NCBI GenBank assembly: GCA_028715985.1
Contig: JAQUQR010000001.1
Coordinates: 267,905 to 331,904 of the forward strand
DNA length: 64,000 nt
From: Methanocellales archaeon
GTDB taxonomy: Archaea; Halobacteriota; UBA148
Direction of reading: 5' to 3'
Part shown: piece by piece, positions 32,646 to 42,205 of the stretch
Layout of the letters: each line of letters opens with the position of its first letter
Numbering within the stretch: position 1 is the stretch's first letter
Position numbers and translations under genes: made by a program
The notes under the pieces: generated by a model
Database searches by the model: none
Told to the model about the DNA's origin: nothing
The model's input: the letters and a program-made list of their open reading frames with translations, nothing else

Positions 32646-32650
32646 GCCCC

Positions 32651-32983
32651 CTACTCTATAGACATCAAGGGATAGTCCAGCTTCTCATCATATCTCATAA
32701 TTCCCGCGACCTTGGCAGAGCCATATTGCACCTCTATGTGCACGTCCAGCATCCTGCCCTCCAGCTCGCAATAGCCGAATTTATTCAGCTTTTCCTGGAC
32801 CCTGTCGCGGTCTATCAAGACCTTTGCGCTTAACACGTATGGCTGAGCTGAGACGCTCTTCTCGATGGCGCGCTCTAAGCTGTCCAGCGTCTCCATGTTG
32901 AGGGGTGCGCCCGTATACTGGTGATACAGCGCCCCCAGCTTGATGCCAAGCTCGAATAACGCGCGCTCTCTATCCGATCGCAT
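32651..32983 (-). CDS. dihydroneopterin aldolase, archaeal MptD-like (assignment tentative)
   Basis: About 110 aa. Resembles the COG2098 family. Its 3'-terminal 56 bp are duplicated at 30707-30762. Confidence 0.45.
   Translation of the reverse strand: MRSDRERALFELGIKLGALYHQYTGAPLNMETLDSLERAIEKSVSAQPYVLSAKVLIDRDRVQEKLNKFGYCELEGRMLDVHIEVQYGSAKVAGIMRYDEKLDYPLMSIE
32662..32717. repeat. 56-bp perfect direct repeat, proximal copy (within the 3' end of mptD)
   Basis: Identical to 30707-30762. Confidence 0.9.
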
Positions 32984-33632
32984 ATTTCACCTTCCACACT
33001 AACGGGCTTAATATGTAGCCCGTGACCATCATGAGGGGGATCAGGTTAATAAAGTGCACATTTTGGACGGAGTATATGATGATGCTGAAGATGAGTACAA
33101 TGCCAACGGGCATCAGAATTTTTCTATCCTGAATTTTTGGATAGCTGATGCTGCTTACCATTAATGCTGAGAGAATCAGGTAGGAACCTGCCAATATCCG
33201 TGGATCTGCTTGGATGGTGATGAGCAGTGCCATACAGATTCCACTTGCGGTGATGGGTAACCCAACGAACTCCTTGCTTTTTGAACTTATGTTGAATCTC
33301 GCCAATCTCAGCATTCCACATGTCAGATAGGCTGCCGTAAAACCCGATGCAATATAGGGGTTTATCTCATTGATAAGCATGTAACCTGCTATAGCAGGCA
33401 CGATGCCAAAAGATACGAAATCCGCAAAAGAGTCCAGGTTCACGCCGAAAACTCCGTTCTCTATGTTTCTTGCGATGAATCCATCTAAGCCATCTACAAG
33501 TGCTGCAACCAGGATTAATACAGAAGCGCTTCTAATCTCTCCCCTTGCCACCATCAAAAGGGCGACGAATCCGAGTAGCGCATTCACGATCGTCACCAAA
33601 TCCGGTAACTTGATTAGCTTAAGAATGTTCAT
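32970..33632 (-). CDS. pssA: CDP-alcohol phosphatidyltransferase; archaetidylserine synthase
   Basis: D-G-x2-A-R...G...D-x3-D motif (DGLDGFIARN...GVNLDSFAD). Adjacent to psd and the archaeosortase. Confidence 0.8.
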   Translation of the reverse strand: MNILKLIKLPDLVTIVNALLGFVALLMVARGEIRSASVLILVAALVDGLDGFIARNIENGVFGVNLDSFADFVSFGIVPAIAGYMLINEINPYIASGFTAAYLTCGMLRLARFNISSKSKEFVGLPITASGICMALLITIQADPRILAGSYLILSALMVSSISYPKIQDRKILMPVGIVLIFSIIIYSVQNVHFINLIPLMMVTGYILSPLVWKVKYAIG

Positions 33633-33633
33633 T

Positions 33634-34221
33634 TCATTTATCTCTCCCTCGCCTCGCTATCACCGTCTCTCCTGCTTTGACCCTGTCACCGGGTTTTACG
33701 GTGAGTTCATACTCAGGTGGGATGGTCACTTCCACTCTGGATCCCAATAATATCGCTCCAAGCCTTTGCCCCGCCTCCACTTTATCCCCTTCCTTCACAT
33801 AGCAAACAATTCTCCTCGCCAGGATGCCTGCGATTTGAATTACGCTGACATCACCCTGCATCGTCTCGATCGTGATATGATTTTGCTCATTTTGATTCGT
33901 ATTTAGGAACGCAGGCCTGTGCATTCCTTTCAAATATTTGATCTCTTTGATGATGCCCGGCAAAGGGGCTCTGTTGACATGCACATCGCGAAGCCTCATA
34001 AATATGGTCACTTTGCTCCCAGCATGCATGACCACTCCATCAGCTGGAGATATGAAGCCCGATCCCTTTGGTGTTCGGTTCGGATCCCTGAAGAACAGCA
34101 TAAAAAAAATTACCAACGCAGCTCCAAGGATTGCGATCGGATACGTCTTAAGCAATATGGCGCCCATGGTTAACACCAGCGGAATCGCTATCCAACCCGC
34201 AGAGCCCTTGAACATCACCAT
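33634..34221 (-). CDS. psd: archaetidylserine decarboxylase proenzyme (PSD-related)
   Basis: Small PSD family. The G-S-T self-cleavage region lies near the C-terminus (ILLGSRV). Context next to pssA. Confidence 0.8.
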   Translation of the reverse strand: MVMFKGSAGWIAIPLVLTMGAILLKTYPIAILGAALVIFFMLFFRDPNRTPKGSGFISPADGVVMHAGSKVTIFMRLRDVHVNRAPLPGIIKEIKYLKGMHRPAFLNTNQNEQNHITIETMQGDVSVIQIAGILARRIVCYVKEGDKVEAGQRLGAILLGSRVEVTIPPEYELTVKPGDRVKAGETVIARRGRDK

Positions 34222-34958
34222 CTCCTTAACATCCCTGTTAAATCTTCTATCATGTCTACAACTTCTGGCAAGATAAGAAAGACGATATAAGCTATCAGAA
34301 ATAGCGCAATCGTGGACCCCATCTTCGCGAGTCCATGGTGTGCTATGTAAAAACTATGCTCACCGAACCATTGGTATCCATAAGCTGCCATGATGAACAT
34401 GTTTCGGATTATGTTGAGGACGTATATCAATGGAACCGATGCCAGGAACGCCTTGAATCTTCGCATGGGGGGTGCGTCAACTGCAAAAGTAACCCCGGTA
34501 AACAGTGCCATGCTTTCGATTCCCGTGCAGGCAAGGATGATCTTGATTTTGTATTCATTCAGGAAGATGTAACTTCCCAGTTTTGTGGCGGGAGCACCCA
34601 ACAAATTCAATCCCCAGACAGTCTGGGAGGTTACAGTCTCTATCAGCAAATCCCCTAAAAAAGACATTTCAGCAAACGGAAAGTAAAGGAACCCGCCGAT
34701 CACCGCTGCGCAGGTTATCGTTAGCAGCGTGTCTGATTCAGGTGATCGGAGGTTTAAAAATACCATGCAAATGCAAAACAAGCTTACCAAAATCATCAGT
34801 ACCGCGTTAAAAAAGTCTGAATTTTCGAGATAATGGGGCGGTTGTAGAGCCCAATGCGCTGCAAAAAACATCCATCCTGAGGCACCGATAAGGTTTTTAT
34901 TTCTGGGTATGATTATTGCTACCAGAAACAATATAAGTGAGATCCAGAGAATTATCAT
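34215..34958 (-). CDS. artA: archaeosortase (ArtA-like)
   Basis: Polytopic membrane protein with an ACTGIESMALF active-site Cys motif and conserved Arg residues (IIRNMF). Confidence 0.65.
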   Translation of the reverse strand: MIILWISLILFLVAIIIPRNKNLIGASGWMFFAAHWALQPPHYLENSDFFNAVLMILVSLFCICMVFLNLRSPESDTLLTITCAAVIGGFLYFPFAEMSFLGDLLIETVTSQTVWGLNLLGAPATKLGSYIFLNEYKIKIILACTGIESMALFTGVTFAVDAPPMRRFKAFLASVPLIYVLNIIRNMFIMAAYGYQWFGEHSFYIAHHGLAKMGSTIALFLIAYIVFLILPEVVDMIEDLTGMLRRW

Positions 34959-35030
34959 GGTGCAACACCGTTATGAATCATGACCCCAATTATGATTTAG
35001 GCGTTTATAAAAGTTGATGAGAGAAGTAAA

Positions 35031-35441
35031 ATGATATATGATTTAACGGTCGATGCAATAATCCTATGTAATCACAAGATCGTTTTGATCAAAAGAAAAA
35101 ATCCGCCGTATGAAAATTATTACGCATTGCCAGGCGGCTTCGTTGAAAAAGGTGAGACAGTGGAGCAGGCTTTGATACGTGAAGCAAAGGAAGAAACTGG
35201 ACTCGATGTAGAGATTCTAAAACTTGTGGGCGTTTATTCCGATCCCAACAGAGACCCACGTGGTAGGGTGGTGTCTTTGTGCTATCTGACAAAGGGGATT
35301 GGTAAGCTCGCTTTCGGCTCGGATTCAATTGAAGCTGCACTGTTTGATATTTCTGAGTTGCCGGAGCTCGCTTTTGATCATGCAAAGATGATTGCTGATG
35401 CAAGGGAGTATATAGATGGATTTTTGTCCAAAGTGCGGTAG
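35031..35441 (+). CDS. NUDIX hydrolase
   Basis: Nudix box GGFVEKGETVEQALIREAKEETG. Confidence 0.85.
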   Translation: MIYDLTVDAIILCNHKIVLIKRKNPPYENYYALPGGFVEKGETVEQALIREAKEETGLDVEILKLVGVYSDPNRDPRGRVVSLCYLTKGIGKLAFGSDSIEAALFDISELPELAFDHAKMIADAREYIDGFLSKVR

Positions 35442-35718
35442 CATACTGCTTCCTTCTGCTGACATGTTGAAATGTCGAAAATGTGGGCATGTTCAGATAA
35501 AGGAAGGGGGATTTGTCTCAAGGGAGCGCAGACAGGAAAGAGAGATGACGATACTCGAAAAAAAGGAAACAGGTTTGCCCACCACAAATGTGCGTTGCCC
35601 GGAGTGTGGCAATGGTACTGCATATTGGTGGCTTCGCCAGCTGCGCTCTGCAGACGAGAGCGAGGTGCGATTCTTCAAGTGCACGAAATGCGAAAAGACG
35701 TGGAGAGAGTACAATTAG
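35416..35718 (+). CDS. tfs: transcription factor S
   Basis: N-terminal Zn ribbon (CPKCGS...CRKCGH) and C-terminal TFIIS-type ribbon (RCPECGN...FFKCTKCEKTW). Confidence 0.8.
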   Translation: MDFCPKCGSILLPSADMLKCRKCGHVQIKEGGFVSRERRQEREMTILEKKETGLPTTNVRCPECGNGTAYWWLRQLRSADESEVRFFKCTKCEKTWREYN

Positions 35719-35828
35719 TCGAACTTATTTTTCTTGAAATATCCTAAGTTCCATAAAGGATGAAACTTTTGTTTGTTATCAAAATGATTATAAGCTAAAA
35801 GTTGGTATCTTTAGGCGGGTGTGGAAAA

Positions 35829-36569
35829 ATGGTATTCAGAGCAGTTATAGATGCAGACATATTGAAAGACTCGATAGAGGCGATATCCGCTCTTGTGGAT
35901 GAAGCAAAGTTCAAGCTTGGTCCAGAGGGAATAAGTCTCACGGCAGTAGATCCAGCAAATGTTGCGATGGTATCTTTTGAGTTGGGCTCTAATGCGTTTG
36001 ATTCTTATGAGTCTACAGAGGGTGAGATCGGGTTAGACCTGATTAAGCTGGTCAATGTCTTAGGAATGGCTAAGAGTTCTGATAAGGTCGGGCTTGAACT
36101 AAATGAAAAGACGCACAAGTTGTCGATCTCGATGGGTGGACTTTCATACACGCTTTCACTTCTAGATCCCTCCTCCATCAGAAAGGAGCCGAAAGTACCC
36201 TCTCTCGATCTGCCGGTAAAGGCCACGTTAAATGGAAATGACTTGAGAAAAGCAGTCAAAGCGGCAGAGACGGTGAGCGATCATATAACTCTTGGGGTGG
36301 ACGGAGACGTCCTATTCATGGAAGCTAAGGGCGATACCGATCAAGTCAGGCTGGGGCTGACCAAGGATGAATTGATCGATCTGACTGCATCTGGTCCTGC
36401 CAGATCTTTGTTTTCGCTTGACTATCTAATTGATATGAGTAAATCCTTAAAAAAGGTAAATGAAATAACGATTCACCTGGGTAAGGATTACCCGATTAAG
36501 ATCAATTTCATGATCGCTAATGGAAATGGTAAGGTTGGATATTTGCTCGCTCCTAGGATAGAGTCTTAA
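35829..36569 (+). CDS. pcn: DNA polymerase sliding clamp PCNA
   Basis: MVFRAVIDADILKDSIEAISALVDEAKF start, typical length, and a C-terminal interdomain pattern. Confidence 0.9.
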   Translation: MVFRAVIDADILKDSIEAISALVDEAKFKLGPEGISLTAVDPANVAMVSFELGSNAFDSYESTEGEIGLDLIKLVNVLGMAKSSDKVGLELNEKTHKLSISMGGLSYTLSLLDPSSIRKEPKVPSLDLPVKATLNGNDLRKAVKAAETVSDHITLGVDGDVLFMEAKGDTDQVRLGLTKDELIDLTASGPARSLFSLDYLIDMSKSLKKVNEITIHLGKDYPIKINFMIANGNGKVGYLLAPRIES

Positions 36570-36574
36570 TAATT

Positions 36575-37648
36575 ATGGATATAGACCTAAAATATGCTTA
36601 TTATCCCTTTACCTCTTGTGCTTCTGATTATGTGAAGCGTTCGGGCAAATCCATAGAAAGTTTGCTGGATGGCGAGTTTGGCAAGGCTGTCATTAACAGG
36701 GCTAAAGAGAGAGTTATCCAGGCCATCAGGGGCAGTATCAAAAATGCATTTGACGGGAAGAGCATTCCCATGGATGTAGACCTAGAAAAGGAGTTATTTT
36801 CATATCCTATTGCCCGAATTTTTGTGTCTTGTATTGGGGACCCCTATCTCATTAAACGCTATGCTTTGGCCGAGGCAGAGGCAGCGCATGTTCACATGAA
36901 AGCTGAAGAGCCAGAATTTCTGGAAAAACTTGCTAGGGAATTCAACATCCAATGTGTGCTCGGTAGGCACGATTTCCAAATCCATTTTGCGGATTATCTC
37001 AGGTTTGCGTCCAGGATGCATGATCTGGAGTGGAAGCTGGTGAATCGCCGCCTGGAGAATGGCTATGTGCCTGTAAACAAGAGGGATTTTGTTAGGCTGC
37101 TTCAGGAAGCTATACGTGATAGAATACAAAGCTCTCTTCCTCTAGATCTCCCACCTGCCTTGAAGAGTTCATTTTCACCCCATATAGCGGATATCAGCAG
37201 GCATTTCGAGGAATTAAAGGCAGAATTCCGCTCGGATGATTTTGGGGAGGTCGATTCGGAGTGTTTTCCTCCCTGTATTAAACATATGCTCGCTCTCGTA
37301 CAGGCTGGTCAGAATTTAGCTCATTCTGCGCGTTTCGCGCTAACATCCTTTCTGGCAAACATTGGGATGAGCGCTGAGGAAATAATCGATATCTATCGCG
37401 TTTCGCCTGATTTTGATGAGGGACAGACAAGTTATCAGGTAAAACACATCCTGGGATCCTCTGGAAAGGCCTACACTGCACCCAATTGTGCCACGATGGC
37501 CACCTATGGGAATTGTTTTGGAAAAGAACGAATTTGTGATTGGGTCTCACATCCTTTAAGCTTCTATCGGAAGAAGCTGGATTATGATGGCAAGGCTCGA
37601 CAAGAGGAAAGTGCGGGAGCTTCTGTTGAATCTACTATCGATGAGTAG
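36575..37648 (+). CDS. priL: DNA primase large subunit
   Basis: PriL helical N-terminus and a C-terminal 4Fe-4S Cys cluster (CFPPC...C...C). Confidence 0.8.
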   Translation: MDIDLKYAYYPFTSCASDYVKRSGKSIESLLDGEFGKAVINRAKERVIQAIRGSIKNAFDGKSIPMDVDLEKELFSYPIARIFVSCIGDPYLIKRYALAEAEAAHVHMKAEEPEFLEKLAREFNIQCVLGRHDFQIHFADYLRFASRMHDLEWKLVNRRLENGYVPVNKRDFVRLLQEAIRDRIQSSLPLDLPPALKSSFSPHIADISRHFEELKAEFRSDDFGEVDSECFPPCIKHMLALVQAGQNLAHSARFALTSFLANIGMSAEEIIDIYRVSPDFDEGQTSYQVKHILGSSGKAYTAPNCATMATYGNCFGKERICDWVSHPLSFYRKKLDYDGKARQEESAGASVESTIDE

Positions 37649-37697
37649 TCTAAAATTTTCTATTACTTTTTCGATTGAGCCTCCATATAGGTCAAGG

Positions 37698-38120
37698 CTA
37701 AAGCCCCTCTCCAGGGCTGGTGGTCGTCAGTTTAACATGCTTCACACCCTTTAACGCCATCATCTTCTCCACGATATTCTTGACCTCTTGCGATTCACCC
37801 CTCACTAGTATGACTTCCAGACAATTTCTCTCATCCAAATGAACGTGAAGCGAAGATTCTATAAGGTTTGAATAGTCATGCTCTATGTCAGTAAGCTCGT
37901 CAACCAATCCTCTCTGGCTATGGTCAAAGATGAGTGTGATTGTTCCGACTCGATCCCCTTTTTGCTGGCTCATCCACTCATAGTCAACGATGTAGTTCCT
38001 TATCGCATCCCTGATGCCCTCTGATCGGGAAGAGTATCCTCTTAGCGATATAATTTCATCGAATCTACCCAGCAAATTGGCCGGGAGAGATACTCCAATT
38101 CTCATTAGGCCCTTCTTCAT
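37698..38120 (-). CDS. nikR: nickel-responsive transcriptional regulator NikR
   Basis: RHH N-terminus ([19 protein letters not shown]) and an ACT-like C-terminus with His and Cys ligands. Confidence 0.8.
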   Translation of the reverse strand: MKKGLMRIGVSLPANLLGRFDEIISLRGYSSRSEGIRDAIRNYIVDYEWMSQQKGDRVGTITLIFDHSQRGLVDELTDIEHDYSNLIESSLHVHLDERNCLEVILVRGESQEVKNIVEKMMALKGVKHVKLTTTSPGEGL

Positions 38121-38409
38121 ATTATCATCTTTTTATCTTATATAGCTCGTAGCAATAAATAACACTTTCGAGGTACGATAACGTCATTTTTTGATGTTAA
38201 GATTGATGTTTCCTACCAACTAATTATCTCGATTCAAAAATAGGGGCACCTCTGTTTAAGCACTTTATTTTTTCAGAAGTGTTGTGATGGACTAAAATTT
38301 GGATAAAGGAGAAAACGTAAACCCTTACGGACAAATAAATGTTGACTGTTGGTATTTTGGATCTGTTTGGTAGTATTGGAGTTTGGGAATTTCTCAGAGA
38401 TACTCTGGA

Positions 38410-39219
38410 CTAATACTGAACGAGAGTTCCATCCACCTTCGCTTTTTTTACCGCATACGTAAATGCCAGTAAACCCAGCGGCACCAGCACAACTGTGAAT
38501 ACTGCCAACGCGATTATATCAGGAGCAAGAGCACGCAGCGAGTATCCTTGTAGAAGCGCATGTCTCATCCCGCTTAGCGAATATGTAATTGGCAAAAGAT
38601 GCGAGACAGTTTGCAGCCACTCTGGTAAAACTGTAATCGGAAAAAGCACGCCGCCAAAGAGTTCGGATGTGCTCATAAATAACATGTTTATCGGATCACC
38701 TCGTTTGAGTATCATAATGAAACTTGCAGAGATTATGCCAATGCTGCTGAAGCATATTATTGTCAGAATGAGAATAAGCATAGCAGCAAACAGATTTGCA
38801 TTACTCATGTCCACACCCAGCAAGAAGGCACCAATCAAAAGATATATCAGAACTCTAAGAGAAGTGAAGATAAAACTCCAGAGAGAAGATAAAGTTATTA
38901 TTGTTGAGGTATTAGTTGGGGTTACAAGCATTGCTTCTAATGTGCCCATCATCTGCTCACCTCTAATACTTTCTGAAAAACCCCTCAGCGCCGTCGTTAG
39001 ATATCCTGAAAAGGCTATGCCTATCAGCACGAAGGAGAAATAATCTCCACCGTATGGCTCAAGATATTGCAATCCCGTACCTCCTATTAGTTTGGCAATA
39101 AAATAGAAGGTCAAAATCGAAAAAAGCATGAAGAACAGTCGCAAGAAGAGCTCGAATTTATAACTCGTTTGAAGTACAAAGTCTCTTATTATAAAAGAAA
39201 ATGCTTTTTTGTGTATCAA
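38410..39219 (-). CDS. ABC-2 type transporter permease
   Basis: Six TM helices with an ABC-2 signature. Coupled to the upstream ATPase. Confidence 0.7.
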   Translation of the reverse strand: MIHKKAFSFIIRDFVLQTSYKFELFLRLFFMLFSILTFYFIAKLIGGTGLQYLEPYGGDYFSFVLIGIAFSGYLTTALRGFSESIRGEQMMGTLEAMLVTPTNTSTIITLSSLWSFIFTSLRVLIYLLIGAFLLGVDMSNANLFAAMLILILTIICFSSIGIISASFIMILKRGDPINMLFMSTSELFGGVLFPITVLPEWLQTVSHLLPITYSLSGMRHALLQGYSLRALAPDIIALAVFTVVLVPLGLLAFTYAVKKAKVDGTLVQY

Positions 39220-40073
39220 AATCTTCTTATCCCCCCTATTCTTCCCCCATGCATCATCCCTCTTCTACCTTCACGCATCATCCTTTTACGTTCAGAGTAA
39301 GGGTGCATTGGTGTCCCCTCTTTTTTGAACTCCTTGCCTGTGTAATATAAAAACGCATCATCTAATGTGGGATTGGGTTTTTCCAACTCACTTTTCAGTT
39401 CTTCTGGACTTCCAATCACCTTTATTTCGCCTTCATCCATAATTGCAATTCTTTGGCATAATTGCTCTGCCTCGCCAAGGTGATGTGTCGATAGAAAAAC
39501 GGTTTTTCCCTGTTCCTTTACAATATGCTCTTTAATAAATCCTCTTAAATTTTGCGCCGCGCCGGGGTCCAAACCCTTGGTTGGCTCGTCCATAAACACA
39601 ACTTTCGGGTCGTTCAGCAACCCACGTGCAATAGCCATTCGTTGTTTCATTCCCGCGGAATAACTTAAAAACCTATCATCCGCTCTATTTTCTAAACCAA
39701 CAAGATTCAATAGTTCGTCTACCCTTTTTTGTGCATCATAAGAATAAAAGTTATGAAGAGAAGCGAAAAATTTCAGATTCTGCCGCCCGGTAAGTCTCCA
39801 GTAAAAACTTCGTTCATCGGTAGTGATAAAACCAGTAGATTCCCTGACCTTTCCACTCTCTTCCACCATGTTATATCCGTTTACGTATGCTGTTCCTTCT
39901 GTGGGTAAAATTAGTGTGCATAGCATCTTTATGAGCGTGGTCTTGCCCGCTCCGTTTGGTCCGAGAATACCAAACAATTCCCCTTTTCCAATCGTTATGT
40001 TCACCTTCTCTACTGCTGTTATCTCATCTTTTCTGAAGGGGTGTATGAGAACCTCGGTAAATCCTTTTTGCAA
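39216..40073 (-). CDS. ABC transporter ATP-binding protein
   Basis: Walker A GPNGAGKTT, signature LSYSAGMKQR and Walker B VVFMDEPT. Confidence 0.9.
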   Translation of the reverse strand: MQKGFTEVLIHPFRKDEITAVEKVNITIGKGELFGILGPNGAGKTTLIKMLCTLILPTEGTAYVNGYNMVEESGKVRESTGFITTDERSFYWRLTGRQNLKFFASLHNFYSYDAQKRVDELLNLVGLENRADDRFLSYSAGMKQRMAIARGLLNDPKVVFMDEPTKGLDPGAAQNLRGFIKEHIVKEQGKTVFLSTHHLGEAEQLCQRIAIMDEGEIKVIGSPEELKSELEKPNPTLDDAFLYYTGKEFKKEGTPMHPYSERKRMMREGRRGMMHGGRIGGIRRF

Positions 40074-40273
40074 TGCGAACTTCTTCGTTAGGTCATACGT
40101 TTCAATAGAATATTCTAATTACTTCATCCTCCTATTGTTTCAACATTTACAAATTGAATTTTAGGTACATACACATTATAAACCGTCTATCTCTTCTAAT
40201 AAGTTTGATATTTTATCTCAACAAATATTCTGTCCACAGCGGTTTATGATTTCTCCTAAGATTGATAACCTAA

Positions 40274-41095
40274 TCAGCCATACATCCGCTCCCTAACCAA
40301 ATGAGTCCTCCTTTTTTCCATCTTGATCTGTCTTAAAGGCATGACATAAGGTGTTTCGGATTGTGTTCTTACAGCAGCTTCAACGCCGTAAACCGAAGCT
40401 ATGTTCTCTGCGGTTAATACCGAAGAAGGATCACCAGCAGCAACAATTGTGCCTCTTTTCATCATTATTATTCTATCCGAGTACTTCGATGCGATGTTCA
40501 GATCATGAATTGCCATCAGAGCCGTAATCACCTTTTTCTTCACAAGACTTTTGATTACATGCATTACATCAAGTTGATGCCATATATCGAGATTGCTGGT
40601 GGGCTCATCTAAGAGCATAACCTTAGCTTCCTGAACAAGTGCGCGTGCGATGAGTACCTTCTGTTGTTGCCCACCGCTGAGTTCGTTGAAGCTATTCATT
40701 CCAAGCTCCTCAATCCCAAGTAATTTTAGTACTTCCCATACCTTCTCCTCGTCTTCCTCACTACTGAGCCACCCGAGATGTGGACGTCTACCCATGAGAA
40801 CGGTATCAAAGACATTATTGGGAAAGATGCGTAGTGAACCCTGTGGCACATAGGCCAGGTTCCTGGCGACATCCATCCGCTTCATCTTGGTTACATCATT
40901 TCTATCGATGAGAATGCTGCCTCTTTCAGGTGTCAATATCCTGTCTATGCATTTGATAAGCGTGGATTTGCCAGAACCATTTGGACCCACGATACTCACA
41001 AGTTTCGCTGGAGCTATCTCAAAACTCACGTTTTTGAGGACTGGCGAGCTATCGTAGCTAAACACAATATCCGTTGCTTGGAGCTTTATCATCAT
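40274..41095 (-). CDS. iron-siderophore/cobalamin-type ABC ATPase (FepC/BtuD-like)
   Basis: Walker A GPNGSGKST, signature LSGGQQQ and Walker B MLLDEPTS. Confidence 0.9.
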   Translation of the reverse strand: MMIKLQATDIVFSYDSSPVLKNVSFEIAPAKLVSIVGPNGSGKSTLIKCIDRILTPERGSILIDRNDVTKMKRMDVARNLAYVPQGSLRIFPNNVFDTVLMGRRPHLGWLSSEEDEEKVWEVLKLLGIEELGMNSFNELSGGQQQKVLIARALVQEAKVMLLDEPTSNLDIWHQLDVMHVIKSLVKKKVITALMAIHDLNIASKYSDRIIMMKRGTIVAAGDPSSVLTAENIASVYGVEAAVRTQSETPYVMPLRQIKMEKRRTHLVRERMYG

Positions 41096-42192
41096 GCCCA
41101 GAACTCCCTCCTCCTTCCTTTCAGTATCAGATACATGAAGAACGGAACCCCGAGGATAGATGTCATGATCCCTGTGGGAATGATAGTAGGCGCTATGATA
41201 TTCATCGCTGTGGCATCGGCCAAAATAAGTACAAATGCGCCGAGAATACCCGATGCAGGAATCAGGAATCTGTGATCACCGCCGATAACCATGCGTGCCA
41301 TATGCGGAGCGACCAATCCTATGAACCCAATGGTTCCGGTAAAACACACAATAGTTGCTACTACCAAACTTGAGACCACCATGATGAACATCCTGATGTT
41401 GTTGGCATTTACACCAATGCTCTTTGCGGTCTCGTCTCCAACAGTCATGATGTTGAGGTCCCACGCCTTCATCATAAGAAGAGGAATGCAGATCACAAAC
41501 ACGGTAAGGATAAGCGGGAATTTGTTCCACGAGAACGCGGCGAGATCACCCATTCCCCAGCTTGTCATCAGTCGTAGTTGCTCGTCTGTGGCGAAATACT
41601 TGAACAATTGGCTCATCGCACTGAAGAAATAGTTCACGGCAATCCCGGCAAGTATCAGGGTCTCGGAGGTCGCTCCTTTAATGGCAGACAGTGCGATGAT
41701 AAAACCCGAACATAGCAAAGCGAATACGAAGGCGTTTCCTATAAGAAGATACGGTCCTCCGAAGACAGAAACGCCGATAACTGCCGCAAGAGCTATGCCA
41801 AATTGCGAACCCGCAGAAATTCCAAGCGTAAAAGGACTTGCCAATGGATTCTTTAGTACCGCCTGCATCACGCATCCACATATGCCAAAACCAAAGCCAG
41901 CCATGATGCCTCCTATGATGCGGGGGAATCTTATATTCCATATAACCTGTCCTGTAAGCTTCTCTACATTGAAATAATCGGGATAGAATCTATCAAGAAG
42001 TGCACAATATACCTCCACGACTGAGATATCCAGCGGTCCAAGCGTTATGACTATGCCAATTAAGAGTATAATCAAGAGTGAGATAGCGACCATAAAAAAG
42101 GTCTTTTTGAAAATAAACTTGTCGTATGCTTCTTGCACTGCGCTTCTTTTTCCTTTGCGCGTTACTCTGCGTCTTACTATTTTTGTTGCCAT
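41092..42192 (-). CDS. FecCD-family ABC permease
   Basis: Ten TM helices with FecCD/BtuC core motifs. Confidence 0.9.
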   Translation of the reverse strand: MATKIVRRRVTRKGKRSAVQEAYDKFIFKKTFFMVAISLLIILLIGIVITLGPLDISVVEVYCALLDRFYPDYFNVEKLTGQVIWNIRFPRIIGGIMAGFGFGICGCVMQAVLKNPLASPFTLGISAGSQFGIALAAVIGVSVFGGPYLLIGNAFVFALLCSGFIIALSAIKGATSETLILAGIAVNYFFSAMSQLFKYFATDEQLRLMTSWGMGDLAAFSWNKFPLILTVFVICIPLLMMKAWDLNIMTVGDETAKSIGVNANNIRMFIMVVSSLVVATIVCFTGTIGFIGLVAPHMARMVIGGDHRFLIPASGILGAFVLILADATAMNIIAPTIIPTGIMTSILGVPFFMYLILKGRRREFWA

Positions 42193-42205
42193 TTCTTATT
42201 TTGTT

